A DNA stretch of 64,000 nt from assembly GCA_028534125.1 (NCBI GenBank), contig CM052817.1:4776001-4840000 (forward strand), read 5' to 3'. A program made the position numbers and the translations under genes. The stretch's first letter is position 1. The number at the start of each line of letters is the position of its first letter. This document shows, piece after piece, positions 12,570-26,009 of this stretch. This DNA is from Lama glama. Lineage: Eukaryota. The notes under the pieces were generated by a model. It did no database searches and had not been told where the DNA came from. It saw only the letters and a list, made by a program, of their open reading frames with translations.

Positions 12570-13020
12570 TTTACTGCCTCCGTCTTCAATATCAGTGAAC
12601 AGTCATCAATGATCAGTAGCCATCTGAGAAAAACCTTCAAATTGAAAAGCAGATGTAAAATAAAAATTCAAAAGGACCCCAGAGGAAACAGGAACAAATA
12701 AAGGGAAGAGAAAACTTTGGAATAACTATAATCAGTATCCTCAGAGAGGCAGGAGAAGATATTGTGCCCAGAAAACACAATAAGGTGCTATGAAAAAGGA
12801 ACAATCCAAAAAGAGAAACAGCTCTTGGAAACTGAATATCTGACAACTGAAGAAAAAGAGAAAAGAATCAAGAGAAAGGTTGGGGAGACGAAGTCAGGGC
12901 AATTTCCCTGAAATTAGAACGAAAAGTCCCAGAGATGGAAAATAAGAAAAAATTTAAAACCATAGGGGATCATTCTAGCAAATCCAACATCCAAACAAGA
13001 GAGTTCCAGGAAGAGAGCAC
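12570..13020 (+). mobile_element. Ancient L1/HAL1-like ORF1 remnant
   Basis: A-rich degenerate coding-like tract ending tccaacatccaaacaagagagttccaggaagagag (I-x-G-V-P-E-like ORF1 motif). Confidence 0.55.
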
Positions 13021-13729
13021 ACAGACAGCATGGGGGTTTGCGCTTCCCTGGGAAGGATGCGCGGACACTTGCCAGGGGGCCTGGGTGTGCAGAGGCGCGG
13101 TGCTGCAGGACAGAGGGGAGTCCCCGGGAAGCTGCAAGTCAGTTAGGAGGGCAGACAGGTCCAGTGTGAGTGGAGGGAGTGTGGGCGATGAGCTTGGACA
13201 AGCAGGTGAAGGAGGTGGAAGGGCATGACTAGCAGGCTGAGTGAGTGAGCCTGGAGCTCCGGGAAGTGAGACGCTGAGGACCACAATGGGAGGGCGGTGG
13301 CTTTAGGACGTCCACACGACCTCTTCCGGTCTCACTGGACCACAGGAAGAGGACGTTAGTCTCTATAAATTCCTGTACAGTCCTTCTAATCAGGTCAGAG
13401 AGGTGTCTCCTTTTGTGTCTGGTATCTCTTTAACATTGGACACTTGCGAATACCCCTTTTAACAAAGAAAGAGCAGAGAGTGGGAAGAGCACCTTGACAA
13501 GGGGACGCTGCCAGCACTTAGGAACATCATTCTGATTTCACTACATCCACTCTCATGGTCACCTTGTATTTACGGCAAACAACACTGCTTCCTCTTCCAG
13601 GACTAGTGTAAAGCGTCTTTTGGAAACAAACTTATCTCAGCAAAAGAAAATGGAGTTTACCGCAGGATGCTATGTAAGCGACAGGACATGTGGTAGGCAG
13701 GTAGTGGCAAAAATCATCGAAGTGGAGCC

Positions 13730-14027
13730 TCAGTCTCCTAGAGTGGCTGTCACAAGCTGGATGGTGTAAACAACAGTAGTATATCCTCTCACAATTCAGG
13801 AAGCCACAAGTGCAACACCAAGGTGTCATGTCAGCAGGGCCACCCCCCCCCCCCCACCGAGACCCTAGGGAAGAGCCCTTTCTTGCCTCTTCAGCTTCCG
13901 GGGGCTCCAGTTCCTTGGCCCCTGCAGCACGCCAGTCCCTGCCTCTGCCTTCGTGGCCTCCTCTCTTCTCTGTCTCCGTGTGTCCTTTCTGTCCCTTATA
14001 AGGACATCAGCCATTGGGTTGAGGGCA
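13730..14027 (-). mobile_element. MaLR LTR (MLT1) truncated at an MLT2 LTR
   Basis: taaacaacag...ctctcacaattcaggaagcc...cttgcctcttcagcttc...cttataaggacatcagccattgg. Confidence 0.75.
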
Positions 14028-14450
14028 TGTGAAGGTCAGTTTTATGTGTTAACTTGACTGGGCCACGGGGTGCCCAGATATCTGGTGAAACACTGTTTCT
14101 AGGCGTTTCTGGATGAGGGTAACATTTAAATTGGTGGACAGAGGAGAGCAGATTGCCTTCTGCAGGACGGGTGAGCCTCAGCTAATCAGTCAAAGTCCCA
14201 ACTAGAATAACGACCCACCCCCCGGCCCCCTCCCACCGAGCCAGAGGGAACTCTGCCAGCGGGCTGCCTTCAGGCCCAGCCTGCGACACCGGCTCTTCCC
14301 TGGGTCTCCACCCCGCCAGCGCATCCAGCAGATTCTGGACATGCCAACCTCCATAACTGCAATGGCAAATTCCTGCACAGAAAGCTCTTTGTCTGAGAGC
14401 GAGCGCGCGACCTTACTGATTCTGTTTCTCTGAAGAGCCCCGAGTCATCG
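14028..14450 (+). mobile_element. ERVL LTR (MLT2 family)
   Basis: tgtgaaggtcagttttatgtgttaacttgactgggccacggggtgcccagata...tgattctgtttctctgaagagccc. Confidence 0.85.
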
Positions 14451-15812
14451 TGAGGGAAGTGGGTAGTACTGGATGTCCCTTGGACTTTGGGAGTTTGGGA
14501 TGCTGGTGAGTTGGAAAACTCTGAATATCTGGCTTGAGCACCTGCCAGTGTCCTCCAGCTTCTTGAAGCTTCTCTCTGTGTGTGGCTGTGTGCCAGCGGG
14601 GCTCTCTCACCGCTGTCTGTTCTCTTTCCTTCGCTGTTGCTCTTTCTGCTGCGCTCCAAGCGAGGGGGTTTGGGTCAAGGCTTGGCTCTGGCCCTCTGAT
14701 TTTCCTTTTAAACATTTCCTCCGCCATTCTGTGAATCTTCTTTTCTCTGATTGTCTTGAATTTTTAACTTCCAGAGTTGAACCCTTACTCACTTACTAAG
14801 TTGTTAAATTAACTTGTGGGGTCTCTGAGCAGATGTCTGCTAAATAGCACCTACTATTCACACCTGGACGGTGAGCACTTTGGGGAATAGTATAGCAGAG
14901 CAGAACTAGGGGCCAGCCTAGCATCTTTATCACTGGTAGAGGTTACGCTGGAAGATGAGGCTTAGCAGGACGGCCGAAAGGGCCTAGGAACAGAAGACCC
15001 ACCCACACAGTCTTGCGTAACTCAACCAAGGAAGGTCCCCCCACAGAGAGAAGACCTGCTCGACTGAACGTAGAACACAGAGAACAGAAGAGCACGCATG
15101 CTCTGTGGGCAGAGCTGAGCAGGCCACTACCAGTAAATCTTTCCAAATTACTAATCAGATGAGTCACTTGATATTGGAGTCCAGAGGCTCAGAGAGATTA
15201 TGAGTGACATGAGCTAAGCCCCCTCTGGAGGCAGAAATATCAAGGCTGAGGGAAGACTAGGCCCACCGATGCTCTGATACCAGTCAGCTGTCCAGACAGA
15301 CATGCTGTCCCCTCTCTGCCCAGCTGCTGTCTCCAACAGTCTCAGCTGTCACTGGTCAAAATTCCAGATCAACCCATAGACCAGCTACCCTAGTGGGAAC
15401 TATGAATGGGTGGTGTGATGGCAATTTTAATGCATCAACTTGACTGAGCCACGGGGTGCCCAGATACTTGGTCCAGTGTTATCCTGGGTGTGTCTGTGAG
15501 GATGGCTTGGGATGAGATTAACCTCTGAGACAATGGACTGAATAAAGCAGACTGCCCACCCTAGTGTGGGTGGGCCTCACCCATCAGTTAAAGGCCTGGA
15601 GAGAACAAAAGGGCCGACCTTCCTTCTTGTAAGAGAAATTGTTTCCTGCCTGCCTTTGACTTTGAACTGAAGCATCAGCTCTTCCTGGGTCTCCAGCCAG
15701 CTGGCCCTTGGACTGGTACTTCCATTGGCTCTCCCGCATCTCCACCTCAAGGACTCACCTGCAGATCTTGGAACTTGCTCAGCTCCATAGTGAAGTGAGC
15801 TAGTTCCATATG

Positions 15813-16436
15813 CAGATGGTCCCCCACTTACAACGGTTCAACTTAACGATTTTTTGACTTTACAATTGTGTGAAAGCAATTCGTATGCAATAGAAACCCT
15901 ACTTCGAAGTTTGGATTTTGATCTTTTCCCAGGCTAGCGGCATGCAGTCTCCTGATTCTGGGCATCCGCGAGCCACAGCACCAGTCAGCCAAGCTGTCTG
16001 ATGTCAAACAACTGAAGCGCTTACAACCGTTCTGTACCCAGACAACCGCTCTGTTTCTCCCCCCAGTACAGTATGCAATAAATTACACGAGCGACTCAAC
16101 ACTTAATTATAAAGACAGCTTTGTGTTGGATGGTTTTGCCCAGTTGGAGGCTAATAAGTGTTCTGGGCATGTTTAAGGCAGGCTAAGCTAAGCCATGATG
16201 TTTGGTTGGTTAGGCGTATTAAATGCATTTTTAAAAAAACTTTTTTTAAGGCTTTTTTTGTTTTGAGGGGGTAATTAGCTTTATTTATTTTTAATGGAGG
16301 TACTGGGGATTGAACCTAGGACCTCGTGCATGCTAAGTATGATACTACCGTTGAGCTATACCCTCCCCCACAAATGCATTTTTGACTTAAGATGGGTTGA
16401 TCAGAACATAACCTCATCATAGCTCGAGGAAGATGT
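15813..16436. mobile_element. TcMar-Tigger non-autonomous DNA transposon (MER47/Tigger5-like)
   Basis: Left end cagatggtcccccacttac, right end ctcgaggaagatgtg (degenerate TIRs); internal gtttaaggcaggctaagctaagccatgatg...gtattaaatgcatttt. Confidence 0.8.
16233..16371 (-). mobile_element. Vic-1-like SINE with 12-bp TSD
   Basis: ggggattgaacctaggacctcgtgcatgctaag...ctaccgttgagctatacc; TSD aaatgcattttt at 16221-16232 and 16372-16383. Confidence 0.88.
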
Positions 16437-17954
16437 GTGTATCTATCCTTTTGGTTCTGTTTCTCTGGAGAACCCTGACTAACCCGACGGTAAAGCTGAA
16501 CCCATGAGGACTCAGACACTGCGGCTTCGTCTTGTTTCTCTGGTTTCTGGGAGACTCCTGCTCATGCTCCAAATCTGCCTCCTCCCAGAAAGCTTCTCCT
16601 GGCTCCACAGGCTGATCCCCCGCCACTGAGATCACATCTTCCAATTACTGTGAACAGAGTGCTGGACTCCTTGTCAGCATCCAGCTAGTCCTTGTCGGCC
16701 TCAAGCAAGTGAAGTGAGGATTCACCATTAGGGCCGTGGGTCTCACATCTTGAAGGGCCTCTGCCGTGCTGAACCCAATCTTAAACTTTATCACGCTTAT
16801 GGCAGAAAGCTCAGCCTTCATGCTCCGCAGCAGGAAATGCCTTACAAAAATCAGTGTGAATTCAGGGAAGAGGTACAGATGTGTGGTGCAGAGAAAGAGC
16901 GGGGAGCATCAGGCTGGTAGGATCCCCTTTCTCCTGCTGAGGTCTTGAGCACAGAGTGTGTAGATGCAGTTATTATTGTAATGATAGGATGAAGCCGAAA
17001 TCTTATTAAGTAGTCCACTGACCCAGAAAGATGAGAGCAGAGCTGTCATCTTCTCCTTTTTAAAAATTCTGAATTTTTTGGTCTAGTGTAGGATGAAACA
17101 TGGGGTTGCTGACAATCTCCTTGGTAGGACGCCAACACGGAACAGAAATGACGATGTCCAGAATGCAGAACCCGAGCTAAGGGGAGCCAGACACCAGGAG
17201 TCCTGGACAGGCTGGTGCTTCAAGGCCGCTGGAGGGAATAATGGATGGCATGGTGTTCTCAGTGGATTCTACGAACAACCTGGCTGGACAGAGATGACAG
17301 GAATGAGGGGGTCCCAGGTCTGTGGCACCCCCTCCATCCCCTCAGCTTCCACATTTTCTAGTCTCTTGCTGGTTACTCTGGTCCCCAATCCTTTGTCTGT
17401 ATTTCCTTAAATGTAAGCCCTTCCAACTCCTTGGCTCCTCTCTCTTTCAGGGGGTTAGCCTACTACTGGGTAATTGTATTGTGTTTTCATTCTGGTCCAT
17501 CTGCTACATCTTTACAGTTTGCCTGTCTGCAGGGATGAGTGGGGTCAACTCAAGTGCAGCCCACATCCTGGCCTGTTTCCAGGGGTGAAGTGGAGAAACG
17601 GCTTGTGCCCCCAGGAAGACAGCTCTGTGTTCGTCTGGGTGTGTCCTGCACAGAGGGGCTCTCCTCCTCATTAGATAATGCCACCTCCTGGGACCCCACC
17701 CCTCCCTGGTCTCCCTGCCCCAAGTTCCACTGACCAGCACCTTGGGAAGGTCACCCACAAAAATGTATTTGAAAATATTATATCCACTGTATTCCAAAAA
17801 GGTTTGCAATGCAGCTCACACCGAACACACACTACCACTGGACTATGAAGGAAATCACAGCTGGTAGTGTGAGGCAAACGGAACGCAAGGCCTGTGAAAC
17901 CTGCACCCCCAGCCTACACGGCACTTTTGCGTGGACTGGGACGAGACGTCCCTC

Positions 17955-18165
17955 TAGATGGAGGTCAGCCACCTGTGTCTCAGGCACAAATCCAAATCTT
18001 GCTTTCGTAAATGATGTTTCACTGTAATGCAGTCACCCCACTCGCTGATGCACTGTCTATTCCTGTTTTCACGCTACGAGGGAGGAGCTGAGCAAAGAGA
18101 CGAGGACCCCATGACCCACAAGCGTAAAACATGCATTAACTGGTCCTGCAGGTAAACACCTGCAC
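17955..18165. mobile_element. MER58A-like hAT-Charlie element
   Basis: ttcgtaaatgatgtttcactgtaatgcagtcacccc...tgttttcacgctacg...catgacccacaagcgtaaaac follows the MER58A layout. Confidence 0.65.
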
Positions 18166-18285
18166 CGCAAGCTGAGCACAGCCAGGGCCGCATTCCGGCT
18201 TCCCCTCTCTCCGTCTGTGGCCCTGCCTGGTGTTGTTTTCACAACAACTCTGCAAGGGACTTAAGACAGCAGACAAACTCAAGAA

Positions 18286-18631
18286 TGACAAAGACTTGGC
18301 CAAACCTCAGACAGGATCCTGTGAGCCCCCTTTTTGCCTGGAATTCATCCTGGGGTCCTCTCTTTGGCATGCCAAGTTTTATTTTAGGGAGAATCCTGCG
18401 GCTACATCGGTTCAGTGAGAAGACCCGTACTCTTGACATTTCCTTCTAGCAAGCTCCCCTCTGCCATCCTCCATTCTGCTCCTCGGCAAGAGTCCCCACT
18501 TGTCTTTGCTGTACTTAGATTTGACCTGATCTCTCTCCTCGATGGCCATAGTCTTGACCCCACTGCAGTTGGTCCTGAATAAAGTCTTCCTTACCATTCC
18601 AGCAAGTATCAAATGATCTTTTTTTAAAACA
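18286..18631 (+). mobile_element. ERV1 solo LTR (MER31-like)
   Basis: Starts tgacaaagact; contains gagaatcctgc and ggtcctgaataaagtcttccttacc; ends aaaca. Confidence 0.7.
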
Positions 18632-19574
18632 GAGGTGAACACCTTGCCAGAAGTTCCATCAGTCAGTGATGGCACCAGGGATCCAATCCCGGCCCTGTGG
18701 CAGCTGGTCCAGCATCTTTGCCCTGTTGCACCTGCCTCTCCAGGGAGGAATCCAAGCTCAGATGTTGCTTGTACACGCTGAACTCTGGACTTGAGTTTGA
18801 GGACCCTTTTGCTTGAATAAAGTATTTCTTGTCTCAGAAGTGTAAACACACCTCTGATTCAGTCTCAATCATCATCTTTACCCACTGATGCCATTAGTCA
18901 CTCTTCAGGATTAAACTCTCTCAAAAGGGCTTCCAAAGAGTTCAGTCATTCATTTGTTTATTCATTCAAAAACACGGCGCTCCTCCAATGTGGTAGGCGT
19001 TGAGTCAGCCAAAGAGAATCCCACAGTGAATGTGAAGTTGTCCGCAAGAACCTTACGACTGGTGAACTGGTCCAATCAACGCTGGTCAATGTGCTTGTTC
19101 ATAGCTACCTGGCCCATTTGGCTGGTGTCTAGGAAACACACCTAACAGGATCATGACAGATCTCCACGTGGCCTGAGAACTGGCCACCAGGTCCAAGAAG
19201 GGGACTCAGCAAGTGTGGGCACAGTTGGTCTGACCTCCAGCTGCCTTTGCACCCCGCCCCCCAAATCCTCATATAGGAAGACTAGTGAGGGTAGAGAGCG
19301 AGACCCCTCACGCATGACATGCCAGCTTGGAGAAGGAGCCCACGAACATGGGAAGAGGTGCCCCTACCTTCTGAAGCCAAGAAAGAGCCTAGGAGACCCA
19401 CAGCAGAGATCAGAGCTGCCTGCAAGAACTGGTGAACGAACGGCATTTGGTCCCCTGGTTGCAGGTCTGCTCAGACAGTGAGCCTGCTTCTTGCCCTTGT
19501 TTTGACCTGAACAGGGGCAAGAATGAGAGTGAGAGACATGGACCCATTAGCTGGATTTAGGTTTGGCCCCTAGA

Positions 19575-20025
19575 TAATGGTGGCTGGACAAAAGAAAGAA
19601 GTTTCTTTCTCTGCCGTGTAGAAATCTAGAGGTAGGCGACTGAGAGCCAGCACAGCAGCTGGGCGTCGTGAAGTCTCTGGGGAACCAGGTTCTCTGTAGC
19701 TCCCCACTCTGTCACCCCCAGGGTGTGGATTTTCATCCCCTAGGATGGGGTTCCAGGTGTCCTGTCTCCATCAAAGCAGCCAGGTGGAAGAGAGGTGGAG
19801 GAAGAGGCAAAGAGTGTCAACTGGCTCATCAGAAGGTTCCTGGAAGTTGCCTTTGATATTTCTGCTCACATCTCATTGGCCAGCACCCAATCCCATGATC
19901 ACAGCTAACACAAGGGAGGCAGGCACTGTGCTGTTTGTTTGGAACAGCCATGTGCCCAGCTACCACTGAACACCGTGGGCCACGGGAAGACCAGACACTG
20001 GGCACAATTTATCGTTTTTGCCACA
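19575..20025 (-). mobile_element. Old MaLR LTR (MLT1J/K/L-like)
   Basis: ttctgctcacatctcattggccagcac...catgatcacagctaacacaagggaggc...gccatgtgcccagcta. Confidence 0.6.
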
Positions 20026-20279
20026 GCAGGAAAGAGGAAGAGAATAGTGGGTGGGCAGCCCTCTCCCTCCCAGCATCTAACACAGAAAGGATGCGTGAGT
20101 CTCCTGTGCAGTGTCCCTGGGGGACACCAGCAGTGAGTTTTGGGAATGCCCTTCAGAGGACAGGAACCAAAGGAGGGGGAAGAAGGAAGGGCTGCTCTGA
20201 AACTCCCATGTCAGGGAGGCCCTGCCAGGCCCTCCCGAGGGACTCACTCATGCCCATGGGAGATGAGGCCATCTGCCAC

Positions 20280-20465
20280 TAGGCCGGCCTGGGTCACCTC
20301 CCTTCTGACCTTGGGCATTGTGCTGCGCCTCTGCCTGAGTTTCCTCATTTATAACTTGGGGATAATGACAGGTCTAATTCAAGGGGGTGTTGTGAGCATT
20401 AAGTCCTTTAATGCAAATCCCTTAGTACCCGACCTGACCCGTGGTAAGCCTGCCGTGGTTATTAT
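20280..20465 (+). mobile_element. MIR SINE
   Basis: tgaccttgggca...gcctgagtttcctcatttataacttggggataatga...gttgtgagcattaa. Confidence 0.7.
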
Positions 20466-22074
20466 TAGGCACCTCCATGGAGAGAAGGCCCATGGCCGGT
20501 CAGCGGACAGCAAAAAGACTATCACAGCCAGTCAGTCCCTTTTTATCCCCCTCTTCTCTGACCTGATGCACCGGAGAAGTGAGAGACTTCAAAGGGGCGA
20601 GGAACTGGGGGTGAGCATCTCCACACTCACATGCTACGGGGAGAGACGGGACAGAACGGAGAGGGCAGACAAGCCCCTCCCCACCTAAGCATCCGGAGCC
20701 ACACCTGGACAGTGACTGAGGCGGGGAAGCCTCTGGACCTTAAATGAGATGAGAGTTTTAAACTGGACTGTATTGGACTTTTGATTCCCAAAGTTTCCTA
20801 GAATGTGATGGGATCTACCCCAAACGGGATCTGCTATGCAATAGAGAAAGGACATTCATCACGGCACAAATGGGCAAAGATTACAGAAAATGGAAATAAT
20901 CTGATTTAAACAGCCTAACAAGCAGAAGTAACACAATAAATTAGTCATGCTCACGTTTCCTTCCTAAAAGTTGACTTGTCCTTGGCCAAGTGCAGCATCC
21001 CCACAGTTGGTTCAAATGTGACGTGACAGACAAGCCCGAAGGAGCTTCTGTGCTGGTGCAGGGGAGCTGCCAGCCCTGCAGCCCGCTGCCTGTCCCTGGG
21101 TACGTCCTCTCGCCAGCATCCTGTTCAGTGGTCCTCCACTGAAAGGGGGTCCATGAAAGGCAACTACTCAGTGCCTGGCTAGGCTGTTAGCCACAGGTTG
21201 GACAGCTCTACATGCTTCTTCACGTGATGGACACCAGCCTCCCCATCACATCCACCCCTCTGCCCTCCGGGACCACACAGTTTAAGTACCTTTCCTCTTC
21301 CATTTGACAAATCAAAAGGCATAAAGAGCTTTTCCCAGAGCTGCCCTGGAGCATTTCTGAATCCTGAAGAGTGAACGGCCTTTGGCCTTTCGTTGTGCAT
21401 TGACAAAGGAATCGTTAATGTCTTATTAAAAAAAACCCCATGTGTTACATTTCTCTCTTAGCTTAATTCTAGGGAGAAATGTGAATTCTTTCCAGGTGAT
21501 AAGGGTGTTTTCTTTTTTGCTTCTGAAGTTAAAATCTAAGCGTAGAGTGAAGGGACAGGGGCGGGACACTGAGGTCTGCAGATGTTGGCTGAAACTCCTC
21601 CCACCTCTTCCTGATCTCATAAATCCCACAAGTGATTGAGCCGTCCTGGGCTTCACAGCTGCAAGATGGGAGAGCAGCGGTGAATAATGCCTAACGGACC
21701 TGACGGTTGTGAGGATTAGATGAGATAGTGTACATAATGCACCCAATTGAACCCTGTGACGCAGCAGACACGCGAACAATGGCAGCGATCATCAGGGCCA
21801 CAGTGGGTAGTATTCACTCCAATTTGCCTTTCAGACTTAGTTGTCCAGGAGTTTGGCACCAACTTCAACAAAGACGAGGTCAGGATTTGGACCCAAGTCT
21901 ATCTCTGAAATGCCAGGTGCTTCTGCTCAACGCAAAACATTACAAAGAAGCCACCAAGAGTCCAGGTACGTCGATACCATTGGAGTCATCACCTGGGACA
22001 GGTGACTGGGCCATTCATGCCTCCTGATGAGCAAGTTTCCTATTCTCCCACACACTTCGGCACCTCCCTGGCAC

Positions 22075-22240
22075 TGAGCATCTTCTTATACACTATTTCA
22101 CCCCATCTCCACCATCACCAATGAGTGACATATATTCATCTCATTTAAAAGATGAGGAAAGTGAGGAATCGAAGAGATTAAATGGTTTGTTCCTATGACT
22201 TAGGGAGCAGGTGGCAGAGCCAGGCTCCAAACTCAGTTTT
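22075..22240 (-). mobile_element. MIR SINE
   Basis: catctcatttaaaagatgaggaaagtgagg...ggtggcagagccaggctccaaactcag. Confidence 0.7.
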
Positions 22241-23539
22241 ATTTAATAAATATTTCACTCTGTTTTAATTTCTCTGCTTTGTCAAATCCTTCAGGAAGGT
22301 AAGAGGTGGGCAGATGTGACAAATGGATAGAGGGACTGAGAGGACACACTCAAGGCTTGGCACTCTTGGACATGCTCTCTTTATTCTGCACAGAATCCTT
22401 GTGGCTGTCATCACCACCCCGATTTCTGAGGAAGAGAACTGGATTGAGCCTCAGGGGACTGAAGCAACTTTCCACCGAGAGCATGGCTAGGGATTCTATC
22501 TCAGAACCTGGACTCTGGGCTCACTGCCTTCCATGCCCTTAGTCTATTAATGTCATCCCAGGTCCTTTTGGAAGTAGATTTGGGGTATCCCTACATCTCA
22601 GAGAAATACACACTAAGCAGGGGGGATCTGTCTAGAGTCTGCTCAGCTGTGAGTTGCCCACAAATTTTCATGCACATCTGCAGACATCACTGAGCGCAGC
22701 AGTGTCAGGTCACAATTCTTAATCAGCCCCTGTAACACTGCCCTTTAAAATCCCAAGCCCTCAGCCATCTGATTCACAGCAGCACACCTTTGCAGCACAC
22801 ACACACTCACTCTTGAGAGCTTCCTCTTCCCCAGTGACTCACTAATCAGTCTCTTTGAAAAATGAGTAGTATCGACACTGAAGACAGCTCCCCAGCTGAC
22901 TTTTCACTGCCCCGCAGGGAAACGTGTGCTGAAACATTAAGAATACCACCCGCTGCCAACCTCAGTAGAAACTCGCTGTGTTTTCATACAATTGGTGAGG
23001 CTGAAGGTTTTCAAACATGAACGTCTCTTCTCCAGCCCAGCATCTAATTTCACTGCTATAGAACAGAATCTTACTTGATATGCAGCTTTTTAAGAATGCA
23101 GGGAAACAAGATGAATGCTGAAAACAAGTACAGAAATTTCAAACAGGAATGAAACCAGGTATACTTCGGGTTTAATTTAGAGAACGCTTCGACGTCCTTA
23201 TTATTCAACTTAGTCACTGCTTTGAGTATATCAAGAACCCACTGTGTGCCAGGCACCGTGCTAACCCTTAAAGGGAGCAAGATGCATAAAAAGAGGCACA
23301 TGAATAAACCTACAGTCTGGGGAAGGAGGTAGAGATGAAAGGCATTTCTACGACTGGAGTTGCCCAAGTTCAGTGGAAACACAGACCGGGAAATAACTGT
23401 ACCGTTAAGAAGGAGGGCTTTTCAAGGAAGGAAGTATATTTTTTTCCAGGAAGAGCTGATAGGAGAGTGTCACTCAGGCAGCCAGAACACGGAAAGTATG
23501 GAGGCCTAAAAGGGTTCGTGTGGGCGCCGACTAGAGCAG

Positions 23540-24120
23540 CGTGCTTTTTTCTGCTCAGCAGTTTTCTGCCTCCTTCTAGTTCCTTTGGGGACCCCTTCCC
23601 CCATCATGAGGGTCGTCCATGGGGCTCAGACCGGTGGGTACCACAGCTCAAGTATCTAAATTAGACTATTCCATTCTTCTGCCTATAGGAATTCAGTCAG
23701 GAGAGCCACGTGACCTGAGCAAACCAATCAGAAGTGTCTTGGGGATAGTCACGTGATTCAAGCAGAACCAATCGGGTTTGTCTGGGACAGTCATGTGACT
23801 CTGAAGACTCAACCAGACTTCTCTGGGGTTGATCTGTGAGTCTGGTGAAGGACAGGACCTGCTTCCGCTGTGGTGGTCCAGCTGGGCACAGGGCAGCGTG
23901 GGGCTGCTGGCAGCCATGGTGCTCACCCACCGGAGAGAGCTTGTTTGCCAAATGAAGTCGGCAGACAGCTACAAAACAAGACCTGCCTTTCTCTCTCTCT
24001 CTCCGCTTCTCTGAGACAGAGCTTCAGCCATATCAGATATGCTCAACTTCTAAATTTTTTAAGTTAAAATTCCTTCCTTCTTAACTGGTTCAATTTGAGC
24101 TTCTATCACTCTGAATTGAT
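23540..24120 (+). mobile_element. Old MaLR LTR (MLT1K/L-like) carrying tandem E-box+CCAAT modules
   Basis: cacgtgacctgagcaaaccaatcag; gctggcagccatg...gagagcttg; 3' end aaattccttcc...tttgagcttctatcact. Confidence 0.55.
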
Positions 24121-25146
24121 CTAAACAACTGTGACAAGTTGCTTTACCCCGACAGCATGGAGGGACTAGTGGGCAGAGTGAGAATTAAGGGTCAAAGTAT
24201 GAACAACAGGGCAAAGGCATTCAGACTTTGTTCTGTGGGCAAGGGGGAGTCAGGGAGCATTTTTAAGAAGCAAAGTGACATGGTTTGGTTTGTTTTAGAA
24301 AGATGTCTCCATCCAGGGAATGAGTCAGGATGTCTTCCATTCATTAGTTCATGCAAATATTACGAGAGCTTCTACTGAGTGGGAGTGGAGAGAAAAGGAT
24401 GCGTGTTTTGAAACTGATAATTTCATCTGAACATGCCAGGAGGCAGTTTCCCTCTTTAGTAACTAAGAGTATTCAATTAGCGATGAATATTGAATTTTTC
24501 TACGTCAAACAATGGAGTAAACACAGGAACATCTCTCACAGAGCCAAAGCCCCCATAGGTACCAGGACACGTGTCACAATTAGCTAGCACATCAATAAAT
24601 AAAGGGAACACAGGAACAGTCACAATAGGGAAGCTGGCCAAAAACATCTCTCCACATCTAATTCTTTGGCTGGTCAGCACAGCTTTGCTCTGGACAATAT
24701 CTTCATAGCCCTGAACTAAAAGTCATTCTGTTTTGGTGGAAGCCTCCACCTCTGACAATTCTTATAATACCTAGAAGAAGCAATGCCAGGCAGCTGGGCG
24801 TAGTAACCGAGCAGAGGCCGCAGGGCGAGCACAAGGCTGGAGTCTGCCTTTGGTGTGCAAGTTCTGCCCAGAGCCCACAGGAGAAGCATCACTCAGGCCT
24901 CGGTCTCTGAGCCCGAACACCAACAAGACCTGCTTCCAGCCCTGGCTGACCCTGCCCCCTTGACAAGTCGCAGCCTCTCTCTAAACCTCCATTTTCTCCA
25001 TCTATAAAATAAGTAGAGCCGTAAGATACTGTCCATACTAAAGAATTGTTGCATGAATTATATGAAACAAGACTCTCTAAAGTTAAAATGTTTGAATTTC
25101 AAAATATTTATGTAGAAGATGTATTTATATAAAAGATGTATAATCT

Positions 25147-25633
25147 TGTAATCAGGGAGAAGAAATCTGACTCTGGATTGGATCTGTTTCTTTTACTCTA
25201 ACCTGTCTTCTACCGTTTTTGCTACAAGTTCATTCCTAAAGGGATGCTGCCTATGAGCTTAAATGATACATAATGGCCCATCTCCGGGGACCCTGCCTCC
25301 CAGGTAATGAGCATTAAGCTAAAATACCTTTGTGTAGCTCACAGGAAGCACCTGAGCAGGCCCACCTGTGGCTGACCGCAGGAAGGAAGAAACTAACACA
25401 TCTCTTCCAGAGGCTGATGGGAACCAGGAAATGTCTGCCTTTACTCCCTCCCCTTTTAGTATAAAAGAAGCCTGAATTCTAACTCAGGAAAGATGGTTCT
25501 TTGGGACACTGGTCCATCATCTTTTCAGCCTGCTGGTTTTCCAAATAAAGTCACTATTCCTTGCCCCAACAACTTGTCTCTCAATTTACTGGCCTGGTGT
25601 GTGGCAAGCAGTATGAACTTGGATTTGTTAACA
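25147..25633 (+). mobile_element. ERV1-class solo LTR
   Basis: tgta...aca termini, TATA-like agtataaaag (~25458), poly(A) signal aataaa (~25543), flanks atct/atat; homologous to 38261-38723. Confidence 0.85.
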
Positions 25634-26009
25634 ATATTACAGGCATTCCATGGTCACCTGTCAAATGGTCTTGACAGGCACTGTGCTACAGGTACTGGGA
25701 CTGAACTGATGATGATAACATGGTTCCAAGTTTATAGGGACTGAAATCAAGTGGGAAAAATATACTAATTGAAGACTACAGGGATGGTCATGGTGATAGT
25801 GGAGGTCTATGTGAGGTACTTCAGTAGTAGAGAGGACAAAGCATGGAGCTCCAACATGCTTCCCTCTGAAGTCATAGTAGCCGTCACGGAGGGGACAGTG
25901 CTGGAGCTGGTAGTGACATCACACCAACAATGTTACAGGGAAATCAGCCAGGAAGTATGGAGGTTGGAGTGATGGAAGCCCAAAGTATAACCAACTAGAC
26001 CAGGAGGTT

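Larger units (their letters stand above)
15414..16484 (+). mobile_element. ERVL LTR (MLT2), split by a Tigger-type element; pieces ~15414-15810 and ~16437-16484
   Basis: 5' tgtgatggcaattttaatgcatcaacttgactgagccacggggtgcccagata; 3' terminus ttggttctgtttctctggagaaccctgactaa resumes after the insert. Confidence 0.85.

Noticed and set aside
14028..16484. Deleted ERVL provirus bounded by two MLT2 LTRs
   Set aside because: The LTRs differ in internal structure, and no recognisable ERVL internal sequence or shared TSD was seen.
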